IMG/VR virus record: IMGVR_UViG_3300038520_000101
Span: 1 to 31,387 of that record
From: a virus
Lineage: Duplodnaviria; Caudoviricetes
Length of the DNA stretch: 31,387 nt
Reading direction: 5' to 3' (one strand)
Both the position numbers and the translations under genes were made by a program. Below, one piece after another: positions 29,427 to 31,387 of this stretch. The notes beneath the pieces are model-generated. The model saw only the letters and a program-made list of their open reading frames with translations. It was not told the DNA's origin and ran no database searches. Positions within the stretch are counted from its first letter, which is position 1, and the number at the start of each line of letters is the position of its first letter.

Positions 29427-31387
29427 CGCGCTCTCTTTCGTCAATCATCTTTTCGCGCGTAGTATCCCTCTTATTTATCATTTCTTCAACTTCAATTTGT
29501 CTATCGTCGATCATGAGTTCTCTGGCGATCTGAACACCCAGCTTAGCGCCCTCAACCTGATCTTTAGATGCAATCTTGGCAGACTCTAACTCGTCCTTGG
29601 TGTTGGTCTCAGCAATCTTCACGCCCAGCCTAGCACCCTCCACTCTCTGGTCAGCGTCCATCTTCTCACGCTCCAGATCATCTTTAGCCGCCGCCTTCGC
29701 CAGATCAGCCTGTATACGGGCCATATCGACCTGAGTCTTCGCAGCAACTTTGGATGCCTCGATATCAAGCTCTGCTTTCTGGAGCTGAAGCACTGGGTCT
29801 TCTGCCGCAGCCATTGCCTGAGCTGCTGCTGCCTCCTGCTGTGCTTTTCCTGTTAACTGCTCAGCAGCAGGAACCACAAGCTGAGACAGCCTGTATTCGA
29901 TATCTTCTGGTAGCGTGGAATCGAATGGCGGTAACGCCGCACCCAGCTCCTTCTGGATATTGTTCCTGTACTGGAACGCCACATGCTGTGCGATATGTGC
30001 GTTCAAAGCAGCCATCTTAATGCCGCCGTCTGGCGCATTAGCAAGCATCTCGGCGATATTAGGATCGTTGAGAGCCGCCAGATGCACCGCAAGGTGTGCC
30101 TCATGGTCTTGGTAGGCAAACGCTTTGATCGGCTCTCCCGTGATGGCAAGCATGTTCTCAGACACAGGATCGGTAGGCGCGATATCATCCTCGTTAGGTA
30201 TGATCTTGGTTGCGTCTCTGATGCCCAGAACCTCAAGCATCTGCCTGTGCAGAAGCGGCAGGTTGTACATCTGAGGCGCTTGAGCCGCCAACTGTAGCGC
30301 AGCCTGATACTGCATGATCCTTTGTGCCATCGTGCCAGCGTTAGGATCGCTTACAGGTATGATGTCTACCCTGTCATCGAAGTCTTCTGCCGTTAAAGCG
30401 TTCTCTGCGGTGTCGTAGGGGTACTCGGTTGGCCCGTAATCCGCCACAATATCGCAGAGAATCTGCAATTCTTCCTTCATCGACGCATGAACACGCGCCT
30501 GAACAGCGCTGAGAACCTTCATCTCGCGCTCTAGTAGCGCTAGAGTCGTGCCTACAGGCGCTTCGCCGTTGATATCTGAAGCTTTTACGTCAGCAGCAGA
30601 GGCAAATCGTCTACCATCCTGCACAATCTCCTGAAGCATCTGATATAGAACAGAAGATGGCTCTTTATACGGCAGAAATGTGATGTTATCGCGGATAATA
30701 CCGCCGGGAACGTCTACATCTCGGAATTCTCCGGGCATTATCGGCGAATCGTCGCCCTTGATGCGCAATCCACGGGATTTTAGACCACCCGGAAGGTTGG
30801 CAAGCGTTCCTGCGTCAACTAATTGGCGTAAAAGAGACGTGGCTGACTTGGTTAGGCCACCAATCATGTGGACTAGACCGAATCCGTAGAAGCCAAGTCC
30901 GGGCAAATACTGATAATGGACGAAATGTTGACGCTTTAGCTTGAGAGCGTCAGATTCCTGCCAGTTTCGGCGGATCGAGAGGATTATATTGGATGACTTG
31001 TCAACAGTAATGACGTATGGCAGGCCAATCTCGGTGGGTTCACCGTCTACCAAGTCCTCAAATCCAGCCAAATCCACGTTGACCATCATTTCAAGCAGCG
31101 TATGTCGTTGATCTACCTCGTAATTTGGGTGATCTCCGGTCAATTTGTTGTATTTTGCTGCGATTTCCGTGGTATCTGGGGCCGGAGCAGGCAGCTCTAC
31201 GTCCCGATAGAACCCTTTTTGCTGTAATTTCAGCACCTCGTTAGAGGATTTCTTCATTACATGGGTCGCACGTTCCGCTGTCTCCAGATCAGCAGCGCCA
31301 TAGCTGACCACAAAGTCTTCAGCAGGGACAAACATGGAGCATGCCCTGCCAAGATTTTCATCGTAATAGACTTTTCTAAATGCCGAT
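29419..31387 (-). CDS. Portal protein, 5' end outside the window
   Basis: Frame stays open beyond 31335 to the edge (SAFRKVYYDENLGRACSMFVPAEDFVV); HFVHYQYLPGLGFYGFGL, LRQLVDAGTLANLP, long helical C-terminal barrel as in P22-like portals. Confidence 0.85.
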   Translation of the reverse strand, partial: SAFRKVYYDENLGRACSMFVPAEDFVVSYGAADLETAERATHVMKKSSNEVLKLQQKGFYRDVELPAPAPDTTEIAAKYNKLTGDHPNYEVDQRHTLLEMMVNVDLAGFEDLVDGEPTEIGLPYVITVDKSSNIILSIRRNWQESDALKLKRQHFVHYQYLPGLGFYGFGLVHMIGGLTKSATSLLRQLVDAGTLANLPGGLKSRGLRIKGDDSPIMPGEFRDVDVPGGIIRDNITFLPYKEPSSVLYQMLQEIVQDGRRFASAADVKASDINGEAPVGTTLALLEREMKVLSAVQARVHASMKEELQILCDIVADYGPTEYPYDTAENALTAEDFDDRVDIIPVSDPNAGTMAQRIMQYQAALQLAAQAPQMYNLPLLHRQMLEVLGIRDATKIIPNEDDIAPTDPVSENMLAITGEPIKAFAYQDHEAHLAVHLAALNDPNIAEMLANAPDGGIKMAALNAHIAQHVAFQYRNNIQKELGAALPPFDSTLPEDIEYRLSQLVVPAAEQLTGKAQQEAAAAQAMAAAEDPVLQLQKAELDIEASKVAAKTQVDMARIQADLAKAAAKDDLEREKMDADQRVEGARLGVKIAETNTKDELESAKIASKDQVEGAKLGVQIARELMIDDRQIEVEEMINKRDTTREKMIDERERDE

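Overview
This window is the virion-morphogenesis and lysis region of a tailed dsDNA phage. Gene order is podovirus-like and resembles uncultured aquatic phages, but no taxonomy can be assigned without a search. All credible genes are on the minus strand, tightly packed, often with ATGA/TAATG overlaps. In transcription order (right to left): portal (truncated), small gene, GroES-like co-chaperonin, scaffold, two head-associated genes, major capsid protein, accessory virion genes, a cluster of small Lys/Arg-rich proteins with an HNH gene, connector/adaptor-like genes, fibre genes including three paralogous propeller proteins, an expanded lysis block (membrane proteins, class 3 lipase, lipoprotein, FliK-like protein, holin, T4-type lysozyme, SNase nuclease), tail nozzle, and internal/ejection proteins (last one truncated). 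The most unusual signals are: a flagellar hook-length-control (FliK)-like gene in the lysis block; a recurring x-x-GG motif shared by ejection proteins and small basic proteins; three receptor-binding paralogues using one scaffold with three insertion sites; and an amicyanin-type copper motif on a probable virion protein. All family calls come from motif recognition by eye; no searches were run.
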